DNA of 64,000 bases from an uncultured Gemmatimonadales bacterium (lineage in GTDB: Bacteria; Gemmatimonadota; Gemmatimonadetes; Gemmatimonadales; Gemmatimonadaceae), in contig OY969695.1 in NCBI GenBank assembly GCA_963701965.1, positions 896,001 through 960,000 of the forward strand, given 5' to 3'. The translations under genes were made by a program, and so were the position numbers. The notes below the pieces were generated by a model. It made no database searches and was not told where the DNA came from. It saw only the letters and a program-made list of their open reading frames with translations. This document shows, piece after piece, positions 61,962 to 64,000 of the stretch. How positions within the stretch are numbered: the stretch's first letter is position 1; each line of letters opens with the position of its first letter.

Positions 61962-63191
61962 ATGGCTGCGGCCGACGGGACGCGTCATTGCATCTATTGT
62001 GACCGCGACAAACCCGAGGATGAGTTCTCACTCGAACACATCCTCCCGCATAGCATCGCGCGCGGACCTTTGAGTGACCGGCTTAAGACTGACCAAGTCT
62101 GTAAGTCTTGTAATCAGACGATAGGTCGATACGTCGACGCAAGCTTCCTGAAGAACTGGTTCCTAAAAGCAGAAGGCGCAGAGGCCGCGCGCCGATACGT
62201 CGACCTGTCGACTGGCTCATCATCCACTTTGCCCTTTCACTATGTTGGCGCAGTCAACTCATTGCCAATCGACGCCGACCAAGTGTGTGAGGTTTGGCTT
62301 GGACCATGTGGTGCTCGGGTTTATCACGTTCATCAGCGGAATGATCCGCAGTTTGATTCCTTCGCCGGCGGCAATGCTAAGAGTCGAAGAAAGGACCCCG
62401 GGCGCGCCTTTCTTATAATTACTGCGGATGACAGCGTGTGGATCCCGATAGTTCTGAGATCATTTCGAACCGAGTTTCGGGATGCGAAACGATATGCCGT
62501 TAACTTCGGCGTGGTTTCAGCAGATATCGCAGCTGGTCTCATTCAAGTACCAGACGGTGCAGCGACGATTTTAATCGAAGCGCTGAGGGCGGACCTCAAT
62601 TCAATGACGTCGTCCAGGCGATCCAGCAGGTGGGATTCGAGCATCGCTTCCTGGCCAAGCTTGCCCTGGGGCTTGGCTACAGGTTTCTCGGCAATGCGTT
62701 TCTAAGGACACCGTATGCGCAGGAGCTGCGAAAGGGTCTCTGGGAGCGGGACCCTGATAAGCGTCGCAAAATACCGATTCGCGGAACAGGCTTTTTAACG
62801 GACCTGCCTGAGCATGCGGCGGCGCAGGCGGAAATGCTCAGGTGGGATGGTGGTTACTTGCTCGTACTGCTCGCGGTGGGTTCGACGCTGGTGCTCACTA
62901 TGGTCCTACCAACTGGACGGATAATGAGCATCGTTGTCGCAAACGATCCAACACTCTGGCAGGGTGCCGAACACGCCGAGCTTCGTGAAGGAATTGTATT
63001 CGTGTCGGTGCCGCAGGTCGCGGTGGTCATCGGACCTCTGGCATTAGCAGAATACTTAGCTCACAAGGTAGGCGAGTACCGCTCGTCAGAACTTGAAAAG
63101 TTGGAAGAGCGACAAGTCGACCCAGCAAGCCTACCAAGAATGCCGCCGCGCCGACGAGATGACACTCCCGGTCGATTCCAGCGACGTGTAG
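61962..63191 (+). CDS. HNH endonuclease domain protein (apparent indels at about 62600 and 63139)
   Basis: CIYC...EHILPHSI...VCKSCN; correcting the indels gives a stop at 63189-91, before the convergent gene. Confidence 0.75.
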
Positions 63192-63215
63192 AGAGCCCCC
63201 GGGCCCAACTGAGGA

Positions 63216-64000
63216 TCAGATCCCTCCCTGTTCCTCGCGTCGCACGCGCTCACCCTCACGCTCATACGACGCGACAATTTCGCGCATTGTCACCGCAAGG
63301 CGAGGGTACCCGGCTGTGTCTACGTCTTGAGCCTGTAGACGATACTTGTCCGCCAGCGCGGCCTCGGCCTTGCCGGTGGGATCGACCCAGTGGGCTCCGC
63401 GTGAGTTTAGGATCTCGTTTCGAAATCCGTCTCGAAGATCGGACGCGTCCTTCGCGTTGAGGGCGCGCGCCACGGCTTGGTGAATCCACAACCCGCCAGG
63501 GTCTGCCGGGGCATGGGCCAGTACGCGACCGACCATTATCATGGCCACCTCCAAATGGCCCGTGGACTCGGTTTGCTGCTTTGCAGTCTCCAACCATTGA
63601 GCCAAACGATCGCCATCGTATCCTCCGTGAGCGACCGAGCCAGGTGGCGTGTGCCATTCATTCAAGAGGCGATACCCGTTCATGACGATCGCCCAATGCG
63701 ACGAGTCTTCGCTCTCATCGTTGGTTGGCGCAGTGTGCTTTGAACGAAATGCCAGACGAATTACCTCGGAGAAGAACGCTGGATCTGTCGCCAGTCTATC
63801 CTCTAAGGCCTGCGGCGTGGCGCCGTGATATCCGTGTAGGAGGGGCAAGAACGCCCATTCGACTCGAAACAAGTCTTCAGGCGCTGTGCGGGAATCCTCC
63901 TGCAATGCCTTTATGACCTCGATCGTTTCGTACTCCGGCGGAGTGCGCGATCCATCGTGCGTATTCAGGGCTTCTAGCAATGCACGTACAGCGAGTGAAG
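63216..64000 (-). CDS. C-terminal part of a large helical protein (5' end outside window)
   Basis: Open to the window edge; EWAFLPLL, DPAFFSEVIRLAF, NSRGAHW...GKAEAALADKY. Confidence 0.7.
   Translation of the reverse strand, partial: SLAVRALLEALNTHDGSRTPPEYETIEVIKALQEDSRTAPEDLFRVEWAFLPLLHGYHGATPQALEDRLATDPAFFSEVIRLAFRSKHTAPTNDESEDSSHWAIVMNGYRLLNEWHTPPGSVAHGGYDGDRLAQWLETAKQQTESTGHLEVAMIMVGRVLAHAPADPGGLWIHQAVARALNAKDASDLRDGFRNEILNSRGAHWVDPTGKAEAALADKYRLQAQDVDTAGYPRLAVTMREIVASYEREGERVRREEQGGI

Larger units (their letters stand above)
38623..64000. mobile_element. Integrative mobilizable island inserted in comM (other end outside window)
   Basis: Break in comM, visibly lower GC, mobC plus relaxase, XRE regulators, TA pair, nucleases. 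Confidence 0.85.

Noticed and set aside
62630..63460. Separate 276-aa gene overlapping the convergent gene by 245 bp
   Set aside because: Better explained as the frameshifted 3' half of the HNH gene ending at 63191.
1..64000. tRNA or rRNA genes
   Set aside because: None recognised by eye; the island junction is in comM, not in a tRNA.

Overview
GC-rich bacterial chromosome segment; gene content and style suggest Gemmatimonadota (inference). Positions 1-38.6 kb are housekeeping genes: ychF-rpsF-rpsR-DUF2232-rplI-rsfS-two SPOR proteins-smc-aroF-lolA; rpmE-prfA-prmC-ylbF-tmk-S41 protease; a Crp/MBL/HD-GYP cluster; lnt, hemL, rimO, yajQ, a sigma70, lepB, an aldehyde dehydrogenase, an NtrX-like regulator, thpR and larE. 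At about 38,622 a comM/yifB gene has lost its 5' part, and a lower-GC mobilizable island runs from there past the window end. The island carries MobC plus a MOB_P relaxase, many XRE/Cro regulators, a TumE/TumA-like TA pair and nucleases. It also contains a complete IS21 (42371-47104, 5-bp TSD ACGTG) whose istB Walker A codons are interrupted by a 2.66-kb large-serine-recombinase element. Best candidates for new biology: (1) a 428-aa TPR protein convergent with an unannotated 42-aa Cys-loop lipopeptide gene, both preceded by the same TTGCAG-N2-CTGCAA palindrome and lying next to a divergent XRE pair, suggesting a peptide-signalling switch; (2) the serine-recombinase element, whose first gene gains its RBS and ATG only when attP is formed by excision; (3) CTG/GTA start codons overlapping upstream stops in the rpmE-prfA operon. 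The many single-base frameshifts (six of them GATG read as GAATG) look like sequencing errors. All family calls are from motif recognition, not database searches.
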